A stretch of DNA of 64,000 nucleotides, taken from Eledone cirrhosa. Lineage: Eukaryota. Under the pieces are notes generated by a model. The model had not been told where the DNA came from. It searched no databases and worked only from the letters and a program-made list of their open reading frames with translations. The translations under genes were made by a program, and so were the position numbers. Of the stretch, positions 51,875 to 64,000 are shown piece after piece; within the stretch, counting starts at the first letter, position 1; each line of letters begins with the position of its first letter. Location of the stretch: positions 79,732,001 to 79,796,000 of the forward strand of contig OZ024744.1 of the NCBI GenBank assembly GCA_964016885.1, written 5' to 3'.

Positions 51875-52390
51875 TAATGATGAAGTACAAGTCAACATGT
51901 TATAATTTACTTAATCTATTCATAATTGCTGTTATATACATTTCGGTGATAACTGTTATACAATTATGACCACATCAGACAGCTAGAAGTTGAACAAAAA
52001 AAAAAAAAAAAATGACACAAAGAAGAAATAAAATTTACTCCTGTTGTTTTGATTCATTGATATAACCTGGGCTGATACTTGGTGTTGCTTTCTGTCACTG
52101 GTGCTTTGAGAAAGCAACACCAAATATCAACCCGGGATATATCAATGAATCGAAACAACAGGAGTAATTTTTATTTCTTGACGTTTTTCAGTTTTTTCTG
52201 TTCAACATAAGTTGTCTGATGAGGTCATAACTGTTATCACTGAAATACATATAACAACTATTGTGATAAATGAAGTAAATTCTAGCCTGTTAACTTGTAC
52301 TTTATTATTATATAATTATACTCCGGAGTAAACAGACCCACATGTATACTTTGTGGAGTGCTCTATCCTGCATAACACATTCTTTACCAT
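51875..52390. mobile_element. Penelope-like pLTR-type element with inverted arms (51875-52310), hammerhead in each arm
   Basis: Diverged palindrome centred at ~52100. Downstream CTCCGGAGTAA as in the 3411 element. Flanked by (TA)n. Confidence 0.72.
52210..52259 (+). ncRNA. Minimal type I hammerhead ribozyme
   Basis: AGUUGU-CUGAUGA-GGUCAUAAC/GUUAUCACU-GAAA-UACAUA-UA-ACAACU. The inverted copy at 51928-51983(-) has core CUGAUGU. Confidence 0.8.
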
Positions 52391-52613
52391 ATATATATAT
52401 ATATATAAGTCTGTGGTGCTGGGACTCAGGAGACCACAAATCAGGGTAATACTCTATAGATGGGAAGAAGCAGAGTGGGTATAGATGAAGGTAAAATCCT
52501 GACTGTGACACCTAGTGATTTCTGCAAACTTTTTCAAGGTTGTACACCTTTGAAAAGGCTTGCTGAATACAATCTGAAACTATTGGCATCGCGATTGGGT
52601 TTTTACTTTCATT

Positions 52614-52675
<62 letters not shown>

Positions 52676-54978
52676 AGTTTGAAGGACAGTCAGATAAAAT
52701 TTACCTAATTTTTTCTTCTTAGTCCAAAGAAATTAACTAGATAAATAATCATTTAAACGGAACTAAGTTTAAAATGCAACTTTGAAGAAATAACAGATAA
52801 ATGTTATTGATATTCCTTTATGAAGAACAATCAGATGAAATTTACCTAGTTTTTTCCTTAGTCTGTAGAAATTAACTAGACAAATAATCAATTAAATGGA
52901 GTTAAGTTTAAAATTATATATATTTCATTCATACGAATGAATAGTTATAGTCCTGTAGAAGTTATTCCTATATGAAATGAAGATGTTTATACTCTACCCA
53001 CATATTGAATATCTTTTTTAACTGTGGGCACCTCCCAACACCCATCAAGAATCCACCCATACATATATGGTTGAACATATGTTATATGACAAAAGAGAGA
53101 GCACTCAACATTATGAAAATAGAGATAACAGAGATAAATATCTTATATGTCTCTGAGTCTATTCAGCTCCTATTCCAATGACATTAATCATACATCTATG
53201 TTACTCAGTATATTCTTCACCAAAGAAAGGACATAGTTATTCACATGTTATGCATACCTTTTCCCCCGGCGAGAATAAAATCTATCTAGCCTGTGTGTTT
53301 GTCTGATTGGTAAGTAGGTGAATCTTTTCAAAACTGCTTGCTCATATATAAAAAATCCTGCTGGCTAGAATGAATAGATCTATAAGTGGAAAACCTAGAG
53401 AGGTGATACGAATAATGAAGGTGATAGGAAGGTTACATTAATAAGGTGTTTAACCCTTCAGCATTTACATTACTCTATATATACTATTGTATTTTTGCGG
53501 TAAAGGCTTTATTTGTGTAATTATCTCATACAATATCGAATCTATGAGATTTTGATATTATTTATTTTGAGAACAATACCTTAAAATAAGTATGAGTGGC
53601 CAGTTATGGCCAGTTTGAACAGAAAGAGATGAGAGAATTCTGGTTGGATATGGCCGGTTTAAATGCTAAAAAGTTAAGTTGGAGGACATCTAATTCTCCA
53701 GCACAATGTCAGTAATCTGGAACATACCATGACATTTCAGTTCCCCATATTGCAGCATATGTACTTTTGGTTTCTCCTCCTTGCTAAGAATATCTAAAGT
53801 CTTCCTATGCCTGTCTCTTAGCTTTTGTAGCAGAGACTTCATAAGATTATCATCACTGCTTAATGTTTATTTTTCATGCTTGCATGGGTTAGGCAGGTTT
53901 TCACATTTTGGGATAAGCCAGATCAGGTCAGGTGACCATGTCTTGCTCATACAGGACCTTTTTCTGTTCTTGGTTTCAACAGCTGGATACCCTTTCTAAT
54001 ACCAACCACATTACAGGGTGGGTTGGTTACGTTTTATTGTGGTATTAAAATGTCCATCTGACAGGTTGAACTGGGTGATTTTTGTCATATCACCAGCATG
54101 ACTACTTACAGAATGGAATGGGTACTTTTTGTCATGTCACCAGCATGACCACTATATAGAGTGGACAGACTTTTTTTGTTATGTCACCAGCATGTCTGCC
54201 TTATAGGGTGGACTGCGCGGTTTTTGTCATATAACCAGCATGACCACCTTGCAGGGTTGACGGTGCATTTTGTCGCATGAACAGCATGATTGTTTTACAG
54301 AGGTGGATTAAGTGCATTTTGTCATGTCACCAGCAAGACTGCCTTACAGGGTGGGCTATGTACTTTTTGTCGTGGTGGCAGGACCATGGACATAAAGTGT
54401 ATAGTGTGTCCAGCTTTCCATGCTTGTAAGTACGAGTAGGATAGGAGGTATATCAGGGAGTGAAGAGTGTGAAACAAGTATGCAGGTTGGTGATCTAATG
54501 GAATGCTTTGCAGAGTTCATTCCAGCTCTCTGTACTCTTTGACTGCAAATCCTATCAAGGTCAACTTCGTTTTTCATTCTTTTAAGGTTAATAAAATAAA
54601 AAAATATATCAGTCCAATACTGAGGTTGATTCTTCCTCTCCTTTACTGGAAGAAATTGATTGTGATCACACCTGGAGAGGAGATGGGTTCTTCCAGGTTA
54701 AATGCTATTAAGGTGCTCCCCTACAACTATTAGGTATTACGGGTCCACCACTATGTCAACTTTCAACCATCTGGTCTTGTCTGTAGCTGGCATCAGGTTA
54801 GCACATAGAAACTCCTACTTGTTCCCTATGTTATAAATCTCTATCTTCTCTCTCTTGTCATAAAGGTCAACTAATACTTATCTGGACTTTCAGCTTCCAT
54901 TCCATACCTTCTTTTCTCCCAAACTATCTTTTACCTCTGAGTCTATCTAGCTCCAATTCTGATATCACTAACAACATG

Positions 54979-55172
54979 CAGTGCCGAATTTACCATTGTG
55001 CTTAGGGCCCTGTTGGTCAGGGATTTACGATTGTGCTTTTACCAGCACAGGGCCCTGTTGGTCAGGGGGCCCATTTTCTTGCCAAAAAATTTTTTTTGCA
55101 TCCTTCAGAGACTATATAAGGGCCTCATAACATAACTAGCACAAGGAATCATTTGTCTTAAATCCGGCACTG
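54979..55172. mobile_element. hAT-type MITE
   Basis: TIRs CAGTGCCGAATTTA / TAAATCCGGCACTG; imperfect 8-bp TSD ACAACATG/ACAACAGT. Confidence 0.7.
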
Positions 55173-55364
55173 ACAACAGTTATTCACAATGCATTGCTTA
55201 GACCATTTTCTGGTGAGAAAAAAAATGTATCTGGCTTATGTGTTTATCTGATTAGTAGGTGATTAGATGGCTAGTCAGTTTATATTGAGCATTACTACAG
55301 TAATATAATCTCTTATGCCAAATACCAGAGAGTTAACTCACACTCAGAACTAAACACTGAATAG

Positions 55365-56071
55365 AAACAAAGACAGCCTAAAAGCTAGACAGTTAACCAT
55401 AGCAACAAAGACACCTGAAAGGAAAGATATTTAGTCATAGCAACAAAGACATCTGAAAGGCTACACAGTTAACCATAGCAACAAAGACTTCGCAAAAGGC
55501 TAGATAGTTAACCATGGCAACAAAGACACCTCAAAGGCTAGATAGTTAACCATGGCAACAAGGTCACTTACTTCAAAGGCTAGAGAGTTAACCATAGCAA
55601 CAAAGACACCTCAAAGGCTATACAGTTAACCATAGCAACAAAGACACTCAAAGGCTACAAAGACACCTCAAAAGCTAGACAGTTACCCATAGCAACAAAG
55701 ACCCCTCAAAGGCTAGACAGTTAACCATAGCAACAAAGACACCTCAAAGGCTATACAGTTAACCATAGCAACAAAGACACCTCAAAGGCTATACAGTTAA
55801 CCATAGCAACAAAGACACTCAAAGGCTACACAATTAACCCTGGCAACAAAGACACCTCAAAAGCTAGACAGTTACCCATAGCAACAAAGACACCTCAAAG
55901 GCTAGACAGTTAACCATGGCAACAAAGACATCTCAAAGACTAGACAGTTAACCATGGCAACAAAGACACCTCAAAGGCTATACAGTTAACCATGGCAACA
56001 AAGACATCTCAAAGACTAGACAGTTAACCATAGCAACAAGGTTACTTACCTCAAAGGCTAGATAGTTAACC
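55365..56071. repeat. 38-bp minisatellite (CCTCAAAGGCTAGACAGTTAACCATAGCAACAAAGACA), ~18 copies, derived from the exon 3' end and donor
   Basis: The unit contains the last ~22 nt of the 56050-56270 exon plus adjacent intron-like sequence. Confidence 0.93.
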
Positions 56072-56270
56072 AACACTGACATGGCATCAAAACCCTTCAG
56101 GGTCTCCTTCAACTGTAACTTGGTAATGTGAAGGTCCTTCGTGTGAGATTCACAAAGACCTTCGAGTCGACTGATTTCTTTTTTGGCATCTTTATTGTCA
56201 GCCTGGCTTGATTTCAGGTTAGTGACTTTACCTCTTGGGCTCTTGTTAACTTTGTTCTGGTCCACTTGGT
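56050..56270 (-). CDS. MTUS1: MTUS-like exon, most 5' one found ((D)QVDQNK...EISRLEGLCESHTKDLHITKLQLKETLKGFDAMSVLVNYLAFE); gene continues beyond the window
   Basis: ttttcag / gtaagt; phase 1 in, phase 0 out. GFDAMSVLVNYL resembles MTUS GFEALTVVIQH. Confidence 0.87.
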
Positions 56271-56745
56271 CTGAAAACAGAAGGAAAGAAACCACTGATA
56301 AATATAGGGAAAAAACAAACAAACAAGTAAAAACAAAGAAGAAAAAAAAACACAGCCTCATCACGTAATGGAAATTATAAATCTATCACAGACTCTAAAA
56401 ATACATGTTAAAAAATCTGTCTCTCTCTGATACACATGCACACTCACTCACACGCACATATTCAGATTTTCAATTGCAGTCCGAGATCATGAAATGAATT
56501 AGTTGAATATATATATATATATATATACATACATATATATATATATAGTAGTGTTAAATGATTCCATAGAACAGATAAAGGAGACAGAGTGCTCTATGTT
56601 ATCTACAGAGCTGGAATATTATATATATATATATATATATATAAATATTAAAACAATGAAATTAAACAAAAAACGGTTAATTCATAATAAAACTCATTAT
56701 TTTACAATCGTTTAGACCCTACCATTGATTGGTAGATTTATCTGC

Positions 56746-56797
<52 letters not shown>

Positions 56798-56900
56798 GAA
56801 TATCAAATTTAATACAATTGTTAAAAAATAAACTTATTTTTTTATAAAATTTATATGGAGAGAAAACAAATTTGGATTTACAATATGTAAATCATAACAT

Positions 56901-56967
<67 letters not shown>

Positions 56968-57219
56968 CAGTTGATAACCATTGATAATTACATAAATATG
57001 AAAAAGAAAGATAAAAACAAAATTAAGTAATGAGAAAAAGAGGAAGAAAGAAGGACAGATCTGGCTGTATGTAGAGGAAAAGATTATAAATGCCATAAAT
57101 GAGAAGAAAAGGAGGGAAAAAGCAAGGACTCTGGGGCCACGGAAAATTCGTAAATACGAATCTGCATATCTGAAAGGACACAATACGTTATATAGTGGAT
57201 ATATATATATATATATATA

Positions 57220-57846
57220 TGTATGCAGTATATTTGGTAATATACTGTATGTTTAATTAAAAACATTTTGAAGACTGCGCTATTATTTTAAAGTAGTGAC
57301 ATGTCACTTCTTTTTTTCAGCAAAGGAAAGGAGAGAAGCTCACAGACTCTGTTTCACACTGTTGGTCTTCCTCAGAGCAATGTACTCACCGACCTCTGCT
57401 GAAAATTATAGAGGCTGGATTCTTATAAAATTCCAGTAATAATCAGGAACTGATTATAGAGAGCGATTGCCGGTCCAGCAAAAATTGAAAATTAGGATTG
57501 GTGCTCTGAAATAGCGATGTATACATGAATGTATGTATAGTATATTTGGTAATATAATGTATGTTTAATTAAAAACATTTTGAAGACCTTGCGCTATTAT
57601 TTTAAAGTAGTGACTATGTCACTTACTTCTTTTTTTCAGCAAAGGAAGGAAGACCAACAGTGTGAAACAGAATCTGTCAGCTTCTCTCTCTTCCTTTGCA
57701 GAAAAACAGAAGTGACATAGTCACTACTTTAAAATAATAGCGCAAGGTCTTCAAAATGTTTTTAATTAAACATACATTATATTACCAAATATACTGTGCA
57801 TACATTCCTGTATACATCGCTATTTCAGAGCACCAATCCTAATTTA
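57220..57846. mobile_element. Penelope-like partial tandem plus inverted pLTR structure with hammerhead remnants
   Basis: Direct repeat 57228-57328 / 57538-57648 and inverted arm 57648-57846. Hammerhead-like GCU-CUGAGGA...GAAA-CAGAGUCUG-UG-AGC at 57338-57378(-). Truncated copy with GUC at 57648-57681(+). Confidence 0.65.
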
Positions 57847-57860
57847 TATATATATATATA

Positions 57861-58086
57861 TCATCATCACTCGTCGACTACTGTCGAGATGATGGATCTC
57901 ACTCTCATGCCCCAGAATTCCCTGTCCCCCATCGCTGCCCCCAGGTCCTGTCTACTGATTCCCATATCCCTAGAGATAACGTCAGGGAATGGCAGCTTCC
58001 TACTCCTAGTCAGGCTGGAGTCAAGGTTCCAGAGCAAGAGAGCAGATATGATTTCATTGCTGGCACGGTGACAGTGGCCAGCAAAT
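57861..58086 (-). mobile_element. Non-LTR retrotransposon 3' end (RTE-group), (TGA)n tail
   Basis: FAGHCHRASNEIISALLLWN...AMGDREFW. Confidence 0.75.
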
Positions 58087-58183
58087 ATATATGTATGTAA
58101 AAGGTAAACAGAAATAACAACACAATCAATACAGTATACGGAAGGTATATATTAGGTTAACGCTTGATATAGCAGAAAGAAGG

Positions 58184-58219
58184 TCTTAACGTTTCGGACG
58201 GTAGTCCTTCATCAGAAGA
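58184..58219 (-). ncRNA. Minimal type I hammerhead ribozyme
   Basis: UCUU-CUGAUGA-A-GGAC(UACC)GUCC-GAAA-CG-UU-AAGA. Helix I UCUU/AAGA; palindromic ACGU helix III; extra A after A9. Confidence 0.78.
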
Positions 58220-61200
58220 AAGAATGAGAAATAAAATAGATTGAGGAGACAGGCGGGTTGGAATTGGAAAAAAATGTCTTTAGTAAAAATAACAGGGCCA
58301 TTCATGTTGACATCTGTATATATGATGTCATGTTTAAAACAAACATGCTTCACGTTTGTTGTATTAATATTTTGAGATAATAGTATAATCTACCACACTA
58401 TATATAAGGGAAAGCAGATGAAATATGGTAGTTCAACCAGCTAGAAATAGCAGCTATATCTCACCTAAAACACACCCTACTATTTAAAAAAATATAAGGA
58501 AAGACAGTTTGGATATTTTAGCTCTGGATATACAAAATGATAGGATGGCCAAAAGTGGAAAGTCTTTGATCACAGGCCTGCTGCATAAGTGCTGAGTAAA
58601 ACTAACAGAATATCAGTTTTCAGATTCATCATCATCATTTAACAACCCCTTTCTCTGCTAGCAAAGGTTGGACAAAAAAGTGGATAATTGCCTGTGGATT
58701 TTGAACCTTATATTTACTTGAATGCTGGGAAGCTGTGTTACCATTACACTGAAGTGACTAGCATGAGTGAAATGAAACAGTTTGATTCTATCCTTCAAAA
58801 CTTCCATGCTTCCCGTATCTGTGTGTATATCATGACTCATACACTGTTCACTTTCCTGACATTTGTACATTATTCTTTTTATGAGTTGTAGTGCACCTGA
58901 ACACTGTATACAATAATTTCCACTATTATTATTTTAAATAAGGGCCGTGGATTGGCAGTATCGGTAGAGGCTCGGACGTCATGCTTTGACGCATAGAGTT
59001 ACGGCCCTTTCTATTCTGAGTTCAAATCCCGCCGAGGTCAACATTTCTAATATAAAATACTGCCTCTAATTTTCAAATTAATCAAGAATTTTGGGGGCAT
59101 AAAGTAATACTAATATAACTAACTTTCTCTTTATTAATTTCATGTCTGGAACATAACTTAACAATGGTTCTTACATAAAATTACACCAAAAAATTAAAAA
59201 ATCAAAAACAGATTTGTATCGTAGAATCAGGAGCTGTTTCAGATGGTTTGATATCAAAAAGGTTAAAGTGTTTATATTTATCTAAAAGCCTTCCATCATA
59301 TTTTTTTTTTGTAAGAAACTTTAAGTTACATTTTATAAATGAGAGTGTATATATAACTTTTGAAGTTCTTGATTTCAAAATGATTTGAAAATCATATGCC
59401 CCAGCATGGCCTCAGACAGTTGGTTGGAACAGGTGAAAGACTAAAAGAGTATAATTCATTAGAAATATGGTAACGAAAAGGGTTCAGATGGTTAAATACA
59501 ACTATCATGATGCAATATATATTAAAAATAAAATGAATTACTAACTGGCACACCTACACAATTGCTGGGTATAAATGTGCTTTGTTAGACTTCCTGTCAA
59601 AACTCATGGTCTTCATACATCCTTTAAGTACTCTTTTTAGAGACATGAGCAAGGAGGGAGTCCTAGAGGGCAGGAAGAACTGGTCATAGTGGTTAGTATG
59701 GGGCCCTAAAAGGTTGAACACAACATGGCAGATGGGAATGGGGGTGGGGATTGAGTTGAGAGTGTATTAGTGAAGGTGACATGAGACTAGCAAGCTCTGA
59801 GGAACAAAGATCATTGTAGTAGCAGTCAAAAAGCCAGAGAGAGGAGTCAGCATATCTGTGGGACAAAAACCAGATAACTTCTGTGAGTGATTCTATACTG
59901 ATTAGCTGAGTGATTTTACACTGGATGCAGCCTAGGTTGTCAGTGTGAGCAACAACAGGTTTGGGAAAAAACAGTGTTTAGTCAGACATGAAAATGCTGA
60001 GGTGACATCATCTTAAATGTATAGTATAGATAACACTGGTACCTTTATGCTATCAATGAACCTGCTAAATATAGCAGCCAATTTTCCTACAGACATCAGG
60101 GTTAATAATATCAAATCATTTGAAAATGTGTTTGATTCTACAAGTTTTTATATTTATCTAAAAACTTCCCATCAAAATTTCATGTAAGAATGTTTGTTAA
60201 GTTATATGTCAAGCACCAGCTTAATAATGAAAAAAGTTAGTTATATTACTAAATCCCACCAAATTATTTGTTATTTTTGAAATTATTTGAAAATCATAGA
60301 CGGTGTCTTTTATTAGAAATATAGTAACAAAAGAGCTAATGTTCCCAACAACATGTAATATAGACAGGAAGTAAGAGCAAAAGAATTAACTCTTGCTTAT
60401 TATCTCTCTCTTATAAATATATCAAGTATCAGTTATATATAGTCAAGGTATATGGCCTAGTGGTTAGGGTGTTGGAATCATGATCATACAGTTGTAGTTT
60501 CAATTCATGGTTTGGGTGACATGTTGTATTCTTGACCAAAATACTTTATATCATATTGCTCCTTTTGCCAGGAGTTGTAACTGGCAGATAGTACCAGCAA
60601 TGGAAAAACCAATGTAAACATTGTTTTGGAGTCTGATCTGATGATTGACTCCTTTCCTTTTTTTAGGTTTTTCTTTACAAGTGAAGGGTAGATTGAATGA
60701 TGATTGCATAAGAAGTGCGATGTTACATGGGCAATAAATGCAGAGGATATATGGATGCAAGACAGAAATGTAGTGAGCATGTTCTATCAGATGTGGAATG
60801 TTAGTATGGATGAAATGAAGTAAAAGCTAGTTATACAAACAAATCAGAGGTAGTGTCCAAGAGAGAAGACTGTAAGACTGAGAAAAACCAGGGCAGGGAG
60901 TGGTTAGAAGATGGTCTCAAAATACTGAACCTCCAGAGGAGATGATGAGGAAGAAACAAAACAAGTAGAGAGATACTGTGCTACAAATGACCCATCCAAC
61001 ATATGCAAACATGGAAGAGCAGACATAAAATGATGATGATTATGAGGAAGAAGAGGCAATTATCTAAGTTGTCTCAAACATAATGCTGAAAAGGGCCATT
61101 ACATTCTGGCAGAAAGGCATAGCAAGCCCAAATGTGAGTAATGTGAATCAGTATAAAATATAGAGAGACAAATTTTCGTTAATATATATTTTTGATAGCA

Positions 61201-62052
61201 AGTGGAATATGTGAATTAGTACAAAATGTAGGGGGACAAATTTTCTGTTTCAAATTTTCCTTAACCATTTATATTACTCTATATATACTATTGCATTTTT
61301 GTGGCAAAGGCTTTATCTCGCACAATTATCTTAATAACATCAAAATATCGTAGATTTGATATTATGAGAGATAAAGCCTTTAATAATATTGAATCTATGA
61401 GATTTTGATGTTATTTATTTTGAGAACAATACCTTAACATCAATATGAGTGGATGGTTACAGTCAGTTTGAATAGAAAGAGTTGAGAGAATTCTGACTGG
61501 ATACAGTTGGTTTAAATTTTAAAGGATTAACTGTTTTACTTTTGGCAAATCCCTTTCTATGCCTTTTTATAGTAAGTAGGATATGAGAATTAGTACAAAA
61601 TATAGAAGAACATATTTTCTCTTTCAAATTTTTCCTTAATTCCATTTTTTTTTTCCTTTTTATTGTATTTCATGGGTAAATTACAATACATTGTACTATA
61701 AATATCATTAAAATAGGGAAAACAAAACTGTTCTGTCGCAGGCCATAGAAAAGTAGTTAGCGGGCTAGGTGTTTGAGATCCCTGATTTAAAATTTACTTT
61801 TCCTTTATGTTCAGTGTGAATCAAAACCCCAACCAACCCTAATCATACTTTACAGTTACCACTCCCTATATAATCACTAAATTTTGATTCTTTATATCCT
61901 CCCTCCACAGATATCTTGTTGGACGGATGTTTGTATAGGACAATTCTACATGCCTTAACTCACCTAGCTCTGAGAATACTGCCTGCAATAATCAGGCCAG
62001 CTATCTTGTGTATGGATGGGGTGGTGGCTAATATTATCTCTTAAGGGGGAGC

Positions 62053-62522
62053 AATATTATCTTTTAAGGGAGCAATGCTATTTCTATTATTAAACAGTAA
62101 CAAGGACAACACTACCACTAACAATAATAATAGTTTCTACAATAGGCACAAGGTCAGCAATTTGGAGGGAGGAGAAAGTCGATTATATTGACTCCACTGT
62201 ATTACTGGTACTTTATTTTATCGACCCCATAAGGATGAAAGGTAAAGCTAACCTTGGTAGGATCTGAACCCAGAATTCAAAGGGCCATAACTCCATGCCA
62301 CTAAGCATGTTGTCCGACGCTCTACCGGTACTGCCAATCCACTGGCCTAATTAATATTAATTATTTCTACTTTTGGCACAAGGCCAGCAATTATCTCAGT
62401 GCATTACTGGTACTTTACTGACCTTGTGCCTATTGTAGAAACCCTTATTATTGTTGGTGGTAGTGTTGTCCTTGTTACTGTTTAATAATAGAAATAGCAT
62501 TGCTCCCTTAAAAGATAATATT
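62053..62522. repeat. ~108-bp inverted duplication bracketing a SINE
   Basis: 62053-62160 is the reverse complement of 62415-62522. Confidence 0.85.
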
Positions 62523-63683
62523 AACAACAACAATTTCTTATACAATAAGCGATGTTGGTACCACAATATCCAGTCTCGACAAAAAACACACAGTCCACGC
62601 TGTAATGTGGCCGTGTAGGTAACACGGTAAAAACCTCCCAGTCCACACTGTAAATGTGGTTGGTGTTAGGAAGGGCATCCAGCCGTAGAAAACCTGCCAG
62701 ACAGTCCTGAGCAAGACAACCATTCTTGCCTCAAGTGGGATAATTCCCGCCCAGACCCATGCTAGCATGGAAAATGGACGTTAAACGATGATGTTGATGA
62801 TGAAGCACACATATTTAGATGAAAAATAAATAAAAATGCATTTATGATACTAAATACTAACAGTAATGCAACTAGCTTAATATACTACTGCTGTTGCTAC
62901 TACTATACATAAAAAATAATTTCTTTTTTAAATAAAAATATTGGTTTCTAATTTAAGCACAAGGTCACCAATTTGTTTTGCTGGTGGTGGTGGTGGGGGG
63001 GGGGGGGGGGGGGGGTGATTTAACCGGCACCTAGTATTTGACTGGTACTTTATTCTATCAGCCCCCAGTCACAGGAAGGACATAGAAGTGGTTGATAGTT
63101 TCTGCTAACCAGGCAATGTAATTACCAATGCGGGGTGCTCCGATAGTATAATAGTTAAATAAGGATAGGATGCAAAAAGTTCAGAGAACTACTCTCAGAG
63201 TTGACCACAAAAGATTTCTCCCTACGTACAAAAGGATAACTATATGATGTCTGTATGTGAAGTGTGATGCTGCATGGTAGTGAAACAGTCTGTGACAGCA
63301 GAGAACGTGAGTAGACAGGTGAGAAATGAAACCGCCATGCTTTGTTTGATGTGCAATGTAAGTGTGAAAGAAAAGCAGAGCTTGGACAAGTTGAGGGAGA
63401 AGCTGGGTTTAAGAGGAATCTGAGGAGGTGTGTGGGAGAGAAGACTGCATTGGTTTAGACATGTGATGTGCATGAACAATGATCATTGGGTGAAGAAGTG
63501 ACAGGGGAAGGAAGTCATGGTAGAGGTAGGCTAAGAAAGACCTGGGTAGGGGTTGTGCGAGCTGACCTCAAATCACTGAGACTCACAAAGGAGATGGCGA
63601 AGGATCGTGACATGTGAAGAGATGTCATGCTGAGAAGGACCCATTCAATCCATGCCAGCATGGAAGAGATAACATAAAGATAT

Positions 63684-63714
<31 letters not shown>

Positions 63715-64000
63715 TTACAAACCTCTTGTCACAAAGTTTTCATATTTAACTCTTTTGATACTAGCCTACCCCAAACCAGCTCTAGTTTTATGAAACAAAA
63801 CTTTTAATGGTTCCTATTTACAATAAAATCGTCTAGCATAATTGTATATAAGTTACTATTGTAGTAATGAAATATAATTAATAATTTTCATAATCTTTTC
63901 AAAGTTCTCCATTTGTCAATTGAAATACAGTGTATTTCACAATGAAATATGGTCATGAAAGGATTAAGTTAAAACCTTCCACAATAAATTTATGTAAGAG

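Noticed and set aside
55365-56071. 38-bp repeat as a CRISPR-like array
   Set aside because: No spacers; the unit derives from the adjacent exon end

Overview
AT-rich, repeat-dense eukaryotic genomic DNA. The SINE/RTE/microsatellite landscape resembles a cephalopod (octopus-like) genome; this is an inference. Two protein genes lie on the minus strand. (1) An apparently intronless PPEF/rdgC-type Ser/Thr phosphatase with EF-hands (147-2164), broken by a 200-N gap and by frameshifts that fall at homopolymers. (2) The last 10 coding exons of an MTUS1/MTUS2-family coiled-coil gene (24604-56270), which I spliced by hand with consistent GT-AG phases. The rest is mobile DNA: a same-orientation cluster of four Tx1/L1-type LINE copies anchored in one GA/GATA motif, many RTE-type LINE 3' ends, CR1/L2, mariner and Tigger relics, a solo LTR, a Helitron, hAT/Tc1/TTAA MITEs and tRNA-derived SINEs. 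The most striking unannotated signal is a set of at least five sequence-distinct short elements carrying minimal type I hammerhead ribozyme motifs (CUGANGA...GAAA...UH). Several sit in long inverted repeats next to (TA)n tracts, the signature of Penelope-like element pLTRs or retrozyme-like non-autonomous elements. A 38-bp minisatellite also arose from an exon/donor junction of the MTUS-like gene.
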